Shown: in pieces, positions 1 through 9,826 of the stretch
Numbering within the stretch: position 1 is the stretch's first letter
Layout: every line of letters begins with the position of its first letter
IMG/VR virus record: IMGVR_UViG_3300022752_000016
DNA: 64,000 bases
Strand: one strand, 5' to 3'
Origin: a virus
Lineage: Duplodnaviria > Caudoviricetes
Notes under the pieces: model-generated
The model's database searches: none
Seen by the model: only the letters and a program-made list of their open reading frames with translations
Told to the model about the DNA's origin: nothing
Position numbers and translations under genes: made by a program

Positions 1-1
1 T

Positions 2-274
2 AGAACAATATTAGTGAATGGAGAAATTATACAGTTTTCAGGTATTGATTTTGCAAACAATGCACTTCTTGGATTGTCCAGAGCATCATTTGGCACAGGA
101 GAAAGAGTTATAATTCCTAAATATAGTGTAGTTTATGGTTTATTATCCCAGGACAAACTTTCTGATAATCAATATAATTTAACTTGGAACTCATATACAT
201 TTAATACTGTGGAAGGAGATCCATTACAAATTAGTACAACTGATCCAGCTTTATTCCTTGAAAGTACTTCTTAA
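2..274 (+). CDS. C-terminal fragment of a large virion/baseplate-region protein (5' truncated by window)
   Basis: Frame is open from base 2 to TAA at 272-274; lies upstream of baseplate/tail genes. Confidence 0.55.
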   Translation, partial: RTILVNGEIIQFSGIDFANNALLGLSRASFGTGERVIIPKYSVVYGLLSQDKLSDNQYNLTWNSYTFNTVEGDPLQISTTDPALFLESTS

Positions 275-292
275 AGTAGGAAAATAATAAAT

Positions 293-300
293 GATAAATA
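293..300 (+). promoter_or_regulatory. T4-type late promoter (GATAAATA)
   Basis: Matches the TATAAATA late box; ATG follows 5 nt later with no SD. Confidence 0.55.
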
Positions 301-305
301 AAAAT

Positions 306-455
306 ATGAATAATTATAACCAAAACAAAAAGGTAAAATCTATTAAAAAAAATGTTAGACCAAATGAAGTAAGTGGATTTTACTTTTCCTCGACGTTAAA
401 AATTTTTGATCCTAATACCAAAGAGGTTTTAGTTCAAAAAAGAGGTGATATTTAA
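306..455 (+). CDS. 49-aa small protein (MNNYNQ...LKIFDPNTKEVLVQKRGDI), not in ORF track
   Basis: Translated by hand; TAATG stop/start overlap with next gene; similar to N-terminus of next gene. Confidence 0.65.
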   Translation: MNNYNQNKKVKSIKKNVRPNEVSGFYFSSTLKIFDPNTKEVLVQKRGDI

Positions 456-1075
456 TGTCAAGTCTAAATTTATCTTTAAAAATTGATGGATTTGTAAAAA
501 TACATGATCCTAATACTAAACAAATATTTGTTGATAAAAAAAATGCTATTAATTATGAAAATATAAGTGTAGCAATGGCTGATACATTAAGTGGAAGAAA
601 TTACGGTGAGATATTTGAAATGGCTTTTGGAAACGGTGGAGCCAGTGTTTCCGAAACAGGAATAATAACATATCTTCCTCCAAATGTAACTGGTCAAAAC
701 GCTGCGTTATATAATCAAACCTATCAAAAAATTGTAGATGACCAAAGTGTTTTAAATACTGATCCTACTAGAAATAAAATGACAGTATTACATACTGTTG
801 GAAAATATTATACGGATATATTAGTACAATGTTTATTAGATTACGGTGAGCCTCCAGGACAGGCTGCTTTTGATAACAGTACTCAAACAGATTCTAATTT
901 TGTATTTGACGAATTAGGTTTATTGGCAAATTATGGTACGGATAGTAATGGGGAAATAATTACAAGACTCTTAACTCATGTAATATTTCACCCCGTACAA
1001 AAATCATTAAATCGTCAAATTCAAATTGATTACACTTTAAGAATACAAAGTTTAACTAATTTGGTAACTATTTAA
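455..1075 (+). CDS. Virion structural protein, probably baseplate-associated
   Basis: 206 aa; position in structural module; composition typical of baseplate wedge proteins. Confidence 0.55.
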   Translation: MSSLNLSLKIDGFVKIHDPNTKQIFVDKKNAINYENISVAMADTLSGRNYGEIFEMAFGNGGASVSETGIITYLPPNVTGQNAALYNQTYQKIVDDQSVLNTDPTRNKMTVLHTVGKYYTDILVQCLLDYGEPPGQAAFDNSTQTDSNFVFDELGLLANYGTDSNGEIITRLLTHVIFHPVQKSLNRQIQIDYTLRIQSLTNLVTI

Positions 1076-1083
1076 GATAAATA
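1076..1083 (+). promoter_or_regulatory. Late promoter (GATAAATA)
   Basis: Intergenic late box followed by SD GGAG and ATG 1106. Confidence 0.55.
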
Positions 1084-1105
1084 AAATAACGGAGAGTAAT
1101 AAGAA

Positions 1106-2320
1106 ATGGCTTATACAATAGTTAAAAGTAACGGTACTGTATTAACGACAATTGCAGATGGCACTATAAATACAACAAGTACATCGTTAGGACTTCCAGG
1201 TAGAAATTATGCAGGGTATGGACAAACTCTAGACACAAACTTTGTTCATATATTAGAAAATTTTGCAGATACATCTCCTCCTAGTAATCCTCTTGAAGGG
1301 CAATTATGGTACAATACTAATACAGGAATTTTATATGTTTGTCCAAACGATGGGGAAACAAATGCTGCAAATTGGCTAGCTTTAACAGCTACGGCAACTG
1401 GTGGAACAACTACCTTTGGCCAAATAGATGTAACTGGAAATGTTACAGCAAATAATCTTTCTATTGTTAATTGGGCAAACGCTGCCAATGCAGCTTTTGA
1501 TAATTTAACTGTTACAAATAATGCCAATATAGCAAATGCTAATTTACAAGGTGTAACTACTGTTGCAAGTCTTAATACAACTTTAATTACAACGGGAAGT
1601 ACTACCACACCAGGCACTATGATTGGTACATGGACTGTAAATGGTGCAGTTTCAGGAAATGCGTTGGTATTAAATGGAAACCTATATATCGCAAACGCAG
1701 GTTCTGGGTATTACGGAATTAAAACAGACAATTACATGTATGCTAATGGTACACCTATTTCATTTGCAGGAACATATAATGACGCTAATGTAGAGGCATT
1801 GTTGCAAACTTATAATGGTCCAATATTGGCAAACACTATAACTGTAACAAATATAACAACAGGAGCTAACACTACTCCAGGTAATATAACAGGTAATTGG
1901 ATATTAACAAGTGGATCAAGATTACAAGCAACATATGCTGACTTAGCTGAACGGTTTGAATCGGATACTTCTTACGATCCTGGTACAGTTGTAGAATTAG
2001 GAGGTTCAAAAGAAATAACAGCAGTTAAATTTGATTTAAGCGAAGATATATTTGGTGTAATTAGTAGTACTGCTGCATATTTATTAAATGCAAGTGCTGG
2101 AAACGATAATACTCACCCTGCTGTAGCAGTAAGTGGTAGAGTGCCTGTAAAGGTCACTGGAAAAATTAAAAAGGGTGATAGATTGGTAAGTGCAGGTAAC
2201 GGTATAGCCAGAGCAGCAAAAGACAATGAAGCTACAGCATTTAATACAATAGGACGATCATTAAGTTCTAAGGAAACTTTGGATATGGGTTTTATTGAGG
2301 CAATAGTAAGTATAAGGTAA
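1106..2320 (+). CDS. Tail fibre/baseplate-associated protein with C-terminal chaperone-like domain
   Basis: T/N/G-rich beta-repeat body, N-terminal GQLWYNT motif, C-terminal YADLAERF...GRVPVKVTGKIKKGDRLV domain typical of phage fibre intramolecular chaperones. Confidence 0.7.
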   Translation: MAYTIVKSNGTVLTTIADGTINTTSTSLGLPGRNYAGYGQTLDTNFVHILENFADTSPPSNPLEGQLWYNTNTGILYVCPNDGETNAANWLALTATATGGTTTFGQIDVTGNVTANNLSIVNWANAANAAFDNLTVTNNANIANANLQGVTTVASLNTTLITTGSTTTPGTMIGTWTVNGAVSGNALVLNGNLYIANAGSGYYGIKTDNYMYANGTPISFAGTYNDANVEALLQTYNGPILANTITVTNITTGANTTPGNITGNWILTSGSRLQATYADLAERFESDTSYDPGTVVELGGSKEITAVKFDLSEDIFGVISSTAAYLLNASAGNDNTHPAVAVSGRVPVKVTGKIKKGDRLVSAGNGIARAAKDNEATAFNTIGRSLSSKETLDMGFIEAIVSIR

Positions 2321-2325
2321 AAAAT

Positions 2326-3276
2326 ATGTCATATGCACAATTTAATTTAATTGAAGCTTCAGATTTTAATGGTTTAGTAGGAAATTCTGTAACTACAACA
2401 TCAGGAGAACTTAATACTGTTTGGTCTACAGGAGGATCAGCCGCTGGATATGGTCAAACAGCAGTACCTAAGGTAGGACAGGGTAATAGTGTTGTTTTTA
2501 ATGATTGGGCAAATTTAGTAAATAGCACCTCAAATTCTGCTTTACATCAAGGAACAACAATAACTAGTGTTACGGTGCCTACACAGGGAGTAACTGTAAC
2601 ATATGTTAGTGCAATACAAACAAATTTAACGACAATTTATAATGGCAGACGAAATGCAGCAGCACAAGGATCAACTACTTCAAATACAGTAACCAGGGGT
2701 ACTTCATGGCAGAATGAAATAACCTTTACTAATATAGTAAGTTTTGCGAACGGGGATGCAGCACGTTATTTTTTTAATGCAGGTGGACAGATTGCTATGA
2801 CTGTAAGTCACCCAGGATCAACAGGAATTGACTTATTATTTAATAATTTAGCAAGTAACGTCGGAACAATTGTATTAAGTAGTATTTCAACAGGTACTGT
2901 TAGTATAGCATCCACCAACTATGCTGGTGTTACAAAAATTGGTGGTGGAGGAGCTACACCAACTATTGATGCTACTAAAGGTTATTATGGACTTACTACC
3001 AGTAACAGCAATATATTTACACAATTAGCTACCACAGGTTCTAGTAGTTACTTAAATTCATATATAAGGATGATTGCTAAAACGAATGGTACACAGGGTG
3101 GGAATGCTGACAATGGAAATGTAATCACAATTTATACACTTTGGGATGAGGTTCCTAATGGATTAACAGTTTCTTCTGGATCAATTACAACTTTGACAAT
3201 TCGTCCTCCTAGTACTGCACGTATTGCAAATACATGGGGAGTAATTACTTTAGCAGGGTCAGTTACTGGATCATAA
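2326..3276 (+). CDS. Virion structural (tail-associated) protein
   Basis: 316 aa, T/G/S/N-rich, adjacent to fibre gene. Confidence 0.55.
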   Translation: MSYAQFNLIEASDFNGLVGNSVTTTSGELNTVWSTGGSAAGYGQTAVPKVGQGNSVVFNDWANLVNSTSNSALHQGTTITSVTVPTQGVTVTYVSAIQTNLTTIYNGRRNAAAQGSTTSNTVTRGTSWQNEITFTNIVSFANGDAARYFFNAGGQIAMTVSHPGSTGIDLLFNNLASNVGTIVLSSISTGTVSIASTNYAGVTKIGGGGATPTIDATKGYYGLTTSNSNIFTQLATTGSSSYLNSYIRMIAKTNGTQGGNADNGNVITIYTLWDEVPNGLTVSSGSITTLTIRPPSTARIANTWGVITLAGSVTGS

Positions 3277-3298
3277 AAAAAATCTCATTAATATTTTA

Positions 3299-3306
3299 TA
3301 TAAATA
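3299..3306 (+). promoter_or_regulatory. Late promoter TATAAATA heading the glycosylation island
   Basis: Perfect T4 late consensus, followed by SD AGGAG and ATG 3325. Confidence 0.65.
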
Positions 3307-3324
3307 TTAGCAGGAGATTAATAT

Positions 3325-3633
3325 ATGAACACAGAGCAATTATTAAAAGATTCTAAAGCAAGATTTAGTCATAATTCTGCAAAATTTGCACTTAGTGAAA
3401 AATATGCAAATAAATTAATTATAGTTGAACAACATGGATTATGGAAGATTACTCCTGAAATTATTGCATATCTTAATTCTTTAGGTAATACAGAAGAAAC
3501 AATTATATTGGACGAATATAAAGATCCTAAAAAGGTTAAAGTTACTAATTTAAGAAAAAAATTTACAGAAGTTTATAATGAAGTTATGCAAGAATGGTAT
3601 AATGAATGGTCTATGTTAGAAGGTAAAAAATGA
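3325..3633 (+). CDS. Hypothetical protein
   Basis: 102-aa ORF with SD; coupled to next gene. Confidence 0.6.
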   Translation: MNTEQLLKDSKARFSHNSAKFALSEKYANKLIIVEQHGLWKITPEIIAYLNSLGNTEETIILDEYKDPKKVKVTNLRKKFTEVYNEVMQEWYNEWSMLEGKK

Positions 3634-4433
3634 AAGGAGTCGTGATTTTTTGCCATAATAACGGTAGTTTTGATTATTTAGCAATGGCAAAGTTTTGTGC
3701 TAAACGTGTAAATAAATTTTTAAGTTTACCTGTAACATTAATTACAGATAAAGAAACATTTAAAAAAAGCAAAACATATTTGTTTGATAAAGTTTTATTT
3801 GTTGAACCAAATAAAAATAACTTTAAAGAAAATACAATTTGGATAAACAAGGATAGATTTAAAGTTTTTGAATTAACTCCATATGATGAAACAATATTAT
3901 TGGATAGTGATTACATCGTAAATTCAACAAAATTATTAAAAACTTTTGATATTTGTAAAGACATTTGTGTGCATAATAGTGCCTCATATATAATGCAACC
4001 TAAATTGGAACAAGAATTAGTAAGTCCATATATGGATGTAACAGCTTGGGCCACTGTAATTACTTTTCAAAAAACTAAAAAGGCTAAACAGGTATTTGAA
4101 GTAATGGAAATGATTCAAAAAAATTATAATCATTACGCTAATTTACATAATTTTATAGCAGGAACATTTAGGAATGATTATGCATTAACATTGGCACTAA
4201 GAATAGTTGATGGACATTTACCTAATATAGCAAATTACATTCCTTGGAACTTACTACACGTAGGTAGAAACACAGTAGTTTATAACTTAAATGATGATAT
4301 TAACAATAATGAGTTTTTGTTTATGTTTGACAACTGGCGTAATAATAAAATAAAAAAAGAATATATTACACTTAAGAATTTAGATTTTCATTTAATGAAT
4401 AAAAACAATTTAAGTGAGCTTATAAATGAATAA
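3630..4433 (+). CDS. GT-A fold nucleotide-diphospho-sugar transferase-like protein
   Basis: YDETILLDSDY DxD motif, GVVIF N-terminal strand, late HxxK motif. Confidence 0.65.
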   Translation: MKGVVIFCHNNGSFDYLAMAKFCAKRVNKFLSLPVTLITDKETFKKSKTYLFDKVLFVEPNKNNFKENTIWINKDRFKVFELTPYDETILLDSDYIVNSTKLLKTFDICKDICVHNSASYIMQPKLEQELVSPYMDVTAWATVITFQKTKKAKQVFEVMEMIQKNYNHYANLHNFIAGTFRNDYALTLALRIVDGHLPNIANYIPWNLLHVGRNTVVYNLNDDINNNEFLFMFDNWRNNKIKKEYITLKNLDFHLMNKNNLSELINE

Positions 4434-5226
4434 TGGGTTTATAGTTTTAGCACAAAATACCGATAAAGTAGATTATGTAACTTGCGCCGAAGCATTGGCA
4501 ATATCTATTAAACGAGTTATGCCAGATGCTAAAATAAGTCTTATATCAAATAATAATACCAATTATAAACATTGGGACAAAGTAATACCATTACCATATG
4601 GCGATTTGGTACCAAATAGCAAGTGGAAATTACAAAATGATTGGCAAGTGTATGAAGCAAGTCCATATGATTACACTATCAAACTTGAAGCGGACATGTT
4701 TGTGCCAAGATCGCTAGAACACTGGTGGGATATTTTGAAAAATCACGACTTAGTAATTTCTACAACTATAAGAAATTTTAAGCAGGAAATTTCTAATGTA
4801 AAAGTATATAGAAAATTTATAACAGATAACAATTTGCCTGACACATATAATGGATTAACTTATTTTAAAAAATCTACGTTAGCAAATGAATTTTTTAAAA
4901 CTGTAGAAAACATATTCAAAGAATGGGAAAAATACAAAAAAATTTTAAAATGTAATATAAATGAAGAACCAACCACTGATTTTGTATATAGTATTGCGTC
5001 ACATATATTAGGCAAAGAAAAAACTACTTTACCTTCATTTAATGATTTTAGTATGGTTCACATGAAACCGTTTATAAATGAATTTGGGATACAAAATTGG
5101 ACAAAAATATTTACTTATGAACTTTTACCTCATGTTTTTAGAATAACCACGTATCCACAACTTTATCCCTTCCATTATATAGAAAAATCTTTTGCAAAGG
5201 AAATAATTGATGCCTACGGAAAATAA
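4426..5226 (+). CDS. GT-A fold glycosyltransferase-like protein (paralogue of 3630..4433)
   Basis: SPYDYTIKLEADM (ExD variant), GFIVLA N-terminus, VHMK motif. Confidence 0.6.
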   Translation: MNNGFIVLAQNTDKVDYVTCAEALAISIKRVMPDAKISLISNNNTNYKHWDKVIPLPYGDLVPNSKWKLQNDWQVYEASPYDYTIKLEADMFVPRSLEHWWDILKNHDLVISTTIRNFKQEISNVKVYRKFITDNNLPDTYNGLTYFKKSTLANEFFKTVENIFKEWEKYKKILKCNINEEPTTDFVYSIASHILGKEKTTLPSFNDFSMVHMKPFINEFGIQNWTKIFTYELLPHVFRITTYPQLYPFHYIEKSFAKEIIDAYGK

Positions 5227-5545
5227 AGATTTTATTGTTATATATGAAGCACCTGTTATTGAAAAACCTGAATTTAGATTATATTATGATGAAAAAGGTA
5301 ATGTCTTATCATACACTACTGATAAACTTGAAGGTAATTATATTGTCATAGATGCTGCAACTTTTGCTGAAGGGCGACCTGATGTAATTGTATTAGACAA
5401 TAAAATAACTAAAAAAAGTTTGACAACAATTTCTTCTAAGTATGTTCCTAGTGATAATCCTGAAGTTATTTGCCATAAGGATGATATATCAATAATAACT
5501 AATAAAAAAGGAAAAGGTTGGGTAATAAAGTTTTATGAATTATGA
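5207..5545 (+). CDS. Hypothetical protein
   Basis: 112-aa ORF overlapping both neighbours in operon. Confidence 0.55.
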   Translation: MMPTENKDFIVIYEAPVIEKPEFRLYYDEKGNVLSYTTDKLEGNYIVIDAATFAEGRPDVIVLDNKITKKSLTTISSKYVPSDNPEVICHKDDISIITNKKGKGWVIKFYEL

Positions 5546-6497
5546 TAACATTATTGATGTTGCTGATTTAGACTGTATATATCTTAGTTACGACGAACCG
5601 CAAAAAGAAGAATTTTGGCTCAAAATAAAAAATATAGTACCATGGGCTAAAAGGGTGGATGGCGTAAAAGGAAGTGACGCTGCACACAAAGCAGCAGGCG
5701 AAAAAAGTGATACAGAAAGATTTATATTAGTCGATGGTGATAATATGCCAGATGAATCTTTTTTTAATATTCAACTTGATTTTACAGATAAAGATTTAAT
5801 TTACCATAAAGCACAATTTCGTTGGAAGGCAATTAACAGTATAAATGGTTTATGTTATGGTAATGGCGGAATGAGTTCATGGACTAAAAGTTATGTAAAA
5901 AATATGAAAACACATGAAAATCAAACTGAGGGTGACTTAACACGAGTAGTTGATTTTTGTATGGACAGTAGTGATAACATATATTGGGCAATGTGGGATT
6001 GTTATTCTGTTACATATCCAAATTATACACCTTTTCAAGCATGGCGTGCAGGTTTTCGTGAAGGCGTTAAAATGAGTCTTTACAGAGGCGAAAAACCTAA
6101 TGTACAAGATTTTAAAAACAATGTATCATCACGTAATCTTAATAATCTTACTGTTTGGCATAATGTTGGTGCAGATGTTGAAAATGGTTATTGGGCTATA
6201 TATGGTGCACGATTAGGTACTTATATGACTTTATTATCCAATTGGGACCCTAAAAATGTACAGTGGTTCGATAATTACATAGATATGTGGGAAGAATACA
6301 AGAATCTAGATGCAAATGAGTTAAATAATTCAATTGAGAATATAGGTAACATATTGTATGACAAGTTAGATTTGCCTATGTGTATTCTATCACCTTCACA
6401 AAGTAAATTCTTTAAAAGACATTTAAATTCTAATAGGTATAATCGTGGACCTTTAATAAGAGAAATGGATGTTATTCGCCAAATTGAAGGCTGGTAA
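5535..6497 (+). CDS. Glycosyltransferase-like protein (GT-A, DGD motif)
   Basis: RVDGVKG...FILVDGDN...NGLCYGNGG...AWRAGFREGVKM; homologous to C-terminal domain of the 1942-aa protein. Confidence 0.65.
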   Translation: MNYDNIIDVADLDCIYLSYDEPQKEEFWLKIKNIVPWAKRVDGVKGSDAAHKAAGEKSDTERFILVDGDNMPDESFFNIQLDFTDKDLIYHKAQFRWKAINSINGLCYGNGGMSSWTKSYVKNMKTHENQTEGDLTRVVDFCMDSSDNIYWAMWDCYSVTYPNYTPFQAWRAGFREGVKMSLYRGEKPNVQDFKNNVSSRNLNNLTVWHNVGADVENGYWAIYGARLGTYMTLLSNWDPKNVQWFDNYIDMWEEYKNLDANELNNSIENIGNILYDKLDLPMCILSPSQSKFFKRHLNSNRYNRGPLIREMDVIRQIEGW

Positions 6498-7882
6498 TGA
6501 TTAATGAAGTAAGTACAATAAAAACCATAATACCTATTACAAACGAAATAAGTCAAACATTTTGTTACGCTAAATGGTATCATACAACAATTTACTTACA
6601 TATGGGAGAAACCCATAGTTGTTATCATCCTGCTCCCCATAAAGTTCCTTTGCAAGAATTAGAAAATAATCCAAGTGCGTTACACAATACAATTCATAAA
6701 AAAAAAGAACGTGCATTAATGCTTGTCGGTGAAAAACCTTCAGGTTGTCAATATTGTTGGAATGTCGAGTCTTTAGGTTCTGATTATGTTAGTGATAGGC
6801 ATATTAGAAATGCAAGTTTACATAGAAATAACTTTTACAACGAAATTACGAGCCAACCTTGGGATCAAAATATTACCCCAGATTATATAGAAGTGAGTTT
6901 TAGTAATGAATGTAATTTTAAATGTGGTTATTGCCATCCTAAACATTCAAGTAGTTATTACAATGAAATAAAATCATATGGGCCTTACTTAGATGTTTCT
7001 AATCATGCAAATAATATCAATTTATTTAAAATTCATAAGGAAGAGGATAACCCATATATTGAGGCATGGTGGAAATGGTGGCCTGAACTTAGCAAAAAAC
7101 TTAATATTTTACGAATTACAGGTGGTGAACCTCTTTTACATAAAAGCACATGGAGATTATTTGAACATTTAAATAAAGAGCCTAAACCAAATTTAGAATT
7201 AAATTTAAATAGTAACTTTGGAGCTAAAAATCAATTTATTTTAAAATTATCGGAAAACGTTAATAATCTTTTAAATAATAACAAAATAAAATCATTTAAA
7301 ATTTTTTCTAGTATGGAAACTTGGGGCGATAGGGCTGAATATATACGTACTGGTTTAGATATTAATTTATGGGAAAAGAATTTAGATTCTTACCTACAAA
7401 TTACAAAAAATCCAATTACTTTTATGTGTACTTTTAATATTCTTACAGTAACTTCTTTTATATTATTTTTAGAAAAAATATTAGAATGGAGATATAAGTA
7501 TAAACACTTGTTTAATAACTATGAGGATAAAAAACAAAAAATTAAATTTGACACTCCATACCTAAAAGAACCATTACAATTTGATATGCTTATATTACCA
7601 AAAAAAGAATTTTTGCCTTATTTTGATAAAATATTAAAATTTATATCTGATCATAAAGATGATAGTGATTTTACAAAATTTAGTGAATTAGAATATGAAA
7701 GGTTTCGTAGGATTCGTGATTACTTTGCCACAAAAGAATACTCAATTGAAAAAATTGTAGAAGGAAGAAATGATTTTTACAATTGGTTTAATCAATATGA
7801 CGAACGAAGGAATTTGAATTTTAAAAAAACTTTTCCTGAAATGGTTAATTTTTTTGAAGAGTCTGGAAATCTTACTAAGTAA
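6497..7882 (+). CDS. Radical SAM protein with extra N-terminal Cys cluster
   Basis: CNFKCGYC (CxxxCxxC), ITGGEP motif, N-terminal FCYAKW/SCYH/GCQYCW. Confidence 0.85.
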   Translation: MINEVSTIKTIIPITNEISQTFCYAKWYHTTIYLHMGETHSCYHPAPHKVPLQELENNPSALHNTIHKKKERALMLVGEKPSGCQYCWNVESLGSDYVSDRHIRNASLHRNNFYNEITSQPWDQNITPDYIEVSFSNECNFKCGYCHPKHSSSYYNEIKSYGPYLDVSNHANNINLFKIHKEEDNPYIEAWWKWWPELSKKLNILRITGGEPLLHKSTWRLFEHLNKEPKPNLELNLNSNFGAKNQFILKLSENVNNLLNNNKIKSFKIFSSMETWGDRAEYIRTGLDINLWEKNLDSYLQITKNPITFMCTFNILTVTSFILFLEKILEWRYKYKHLFNNYEDKKQKIKFDTPYLKEPLQFDMLILPKKEFLPYFDKILKFISDHKDDSDFTKFSELEYERFRRIRDYFATKEYSIEKIVEGRNDFYNWFNQYDERRNLNFKKTFPEMVNFFEESGNLTK

Positions 7883-7886
7883 TAAA

Positions 7887-8624
7887 ATGAATAATTTAAC
7901 AGAAATATTTTCACAAAATGTGTTAATCGATGAAAATACAAAAATTCTAGATGATCCTGTACGACATTGTATAAAAAAGAATTTTTTACCATATGATGTA
8001 GCGATTGGGATGTATAATGAAATTAAACAAATTGATAATACTTTATTAAAACATTTCACCAGAAATGGTAGTAATATGTATGAACTTATAGGAAATTATA
8101 ATGTGATTCCAATCGCATTTAACCTAATAGGTTATCTAAATAGCGGAAGTTTTCTCAAATCACTAGAAGATGTTACAGGTATTAAAGGATTGATATCCGA
8201 TCCATATATTTTAGGTGCTGGATATAGTAAGATTTATAATGGAGATAGAATAAAAGTTCATACTGATTTTAATTGGAATGATAACTTAAAATTACATAGA
8301 GCATGTTCTTTAATTATTTACCTAAGCCCTGATTGGAAAGAAGAGTATGGTGGAGCGTTAGATTTTTACGACAAATTTGGTGAAAATATTGTATCAACTG
8401 TGCCATGTTTATTTAATACCTGTTTAATTTGGAACTATAATAAATTTGGATTTCATGGCTGTACACAACCAGTACAATGTCCAAGTGATAAATTTAGAGC
8501 AGCATTTAGATTATTTTACTATACCAGTAATAGCACTTTTAAAGAAGATGATCCTCCTCACAGAAGCCAATATTGGAAAGATAACAAAACAAATTTACCC
8601 TATGACATAAAAGGATATAAATGA
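7887..8624 (+). CDS. 2OG-Fe(II) oxygenase (prolyl-hydroxylase-like)
   Basis: KVHTDFN (HxD) ... FHG ... R facial-triad pattern, YLSPDWKEEYGGALDF; start moved to ATG 7887. Confidence 0.75.
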   Translation: MNNLTEIFSQNVLIDENTKILDDPVRHCIKKNFLPYDVAIGMYNEIKQIDNTLLKHFTRNGSNMYELIGNYNVIPIAFNLIGYLNSGSFLKSLEDVTGIKGLISDPYILGAGYSKIYNGDRIKVHTDFNWNDNLKLHRACSLIIYLSPDWKEEYGGALDFYDKFGENIVSTVPCLFNTCLIWNYNKFGFHGCTQPVQCPSDKFRAAFRLFYYTSNSTFKEDDPPHRSQYWKDNKTNLPYDIKGYK

Positions 8625-9826
8625 AAATTTATACAAAAACAAACGCACACCATGGTTTTTTTGATAGGAAACATTTTTTTGATTTAAAAACATGTAAACA
8701 AGAAAATAATTGTATATATTGGTACGATCAACATGATTCTTCGGTTAGAGGAACACCTTTTCGTGATTTTTTAAATCATGAAAATTGGATTCATTGTTCT
8801 AAAGATCCTACAGCAAAAATTTTAATTTTTTATCCAGATGAGTATTATAATAGGCTTGATGTAGATGATTGGGCAAATACAATTAAAAAATATAATATAA
8901 ATCCAAATCAAATTTATATAGTTGCAATAGATGAAAATTTTAAGAATTGGACAATAAAAACTCTTGAATCATACCAAATAACTGGGGTTAACATTACATC
9001 TTATAATTATTTGCTTCAACGTGTTCAATACTCAGTAGATGCCTATAATATCAATTTAAATATTAATTTTACTAAAAAATTTAGTGCACTTAGTAGAAAT
9101 TACGGAATGTTATCAAAACCATATAGATTATTTTTATTTACAGAACTTTTTTGTAATAACTTACTGGATGATTTTTATTTTACATTCAATATTATAAATC
9201 CATATGGAGAAATTATAACCTATTCAAAAGATAAAATTAAAAATGATTTGGTAGTTGATTTTAATTATACTTTGACTCCCGCTTTACATAATTGGGTGGA
9301 CAATATGCCTTACCAACTTGAAATTGAAAATGTTTTAGATAAAATGTCTAATACCATTTATAAATATATTAATGAATCAGCAATTCATATTACCGTAGAG
9401 TCACACTTTGATCCTTTTTGGATGTTCAGAGGACATGCACACGAAAATATACAAGCATTTAGTCCTGCCTTTCCAACAGAAAAAACCTATAAACCAATTG
9501 CATTAAAAAAACCATTTATTATTTTTTCAACTCCTTATTTTTTACAAGAATTTAAAACTTTGGGATTTAAAACCTTTAGCCCTTATATTGACGAAGATTA
9601 TGATTTAATAGTAAATAACATTGATAGGACTAAGGCTATTGTTAAAGAAGTGCAAAGATTAAATTCTTTATCACAAAATGATTTTATTGCTTTATTAAGA
9701 AATTGTCAAGAAATTTGTGAACACAATTTTAACGTTTTTAAACAAATTTGTAGTAATAATATTTTTATAAATAATTTTGATTTTATAAATCATCTTAAAG
9801 ATAATGGTCAACAAATTCATTTTTAA
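8621..9826 (+). CDS. Putative glycosyltransferase-like protein, EKT(Y/F)KPI family paralogue 1
   Basis: C-terminal TEKTYKPIA..KPFII...LGFKTF..YIDEDYD block shared with 9804 and 12280 ORFs. Confidence 0.45.
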   Translation: MKIYTKTNAHHGFFDRKHFFDLKTCKQENNCIYWYDQHDSSVRGTPFRDFLNHENWIHCSKDPTAKILIFYPDEYYNRLDVDDWANTIKKYNINPNQIYIVAIDENFKNWTIKTLESYQITGVNITSYNYLLQRVQYSVDAYNINLNINFTKKFSALSRNYGMLSKPYRLFLFTELFCNNLLDDFYFTFNIINPYGEIITYSKDKIKNDLVVDFNYTLTPALHNWVDNMPYQLEIENVLDKMSNTIYKYINESAIHITVESHFDPFWMFRGHAHENIQAFSPAFPTEKTYKPIALKKPFIIFSTPYFLQEFKTLGFKTFSPYIDEDYDLIVNNIDRTKAIVKEVQRLNSLSQNDFIALLRNCQEICEHNFNVFKQICSNNIFINNFDFINHLKDNGQQIHF

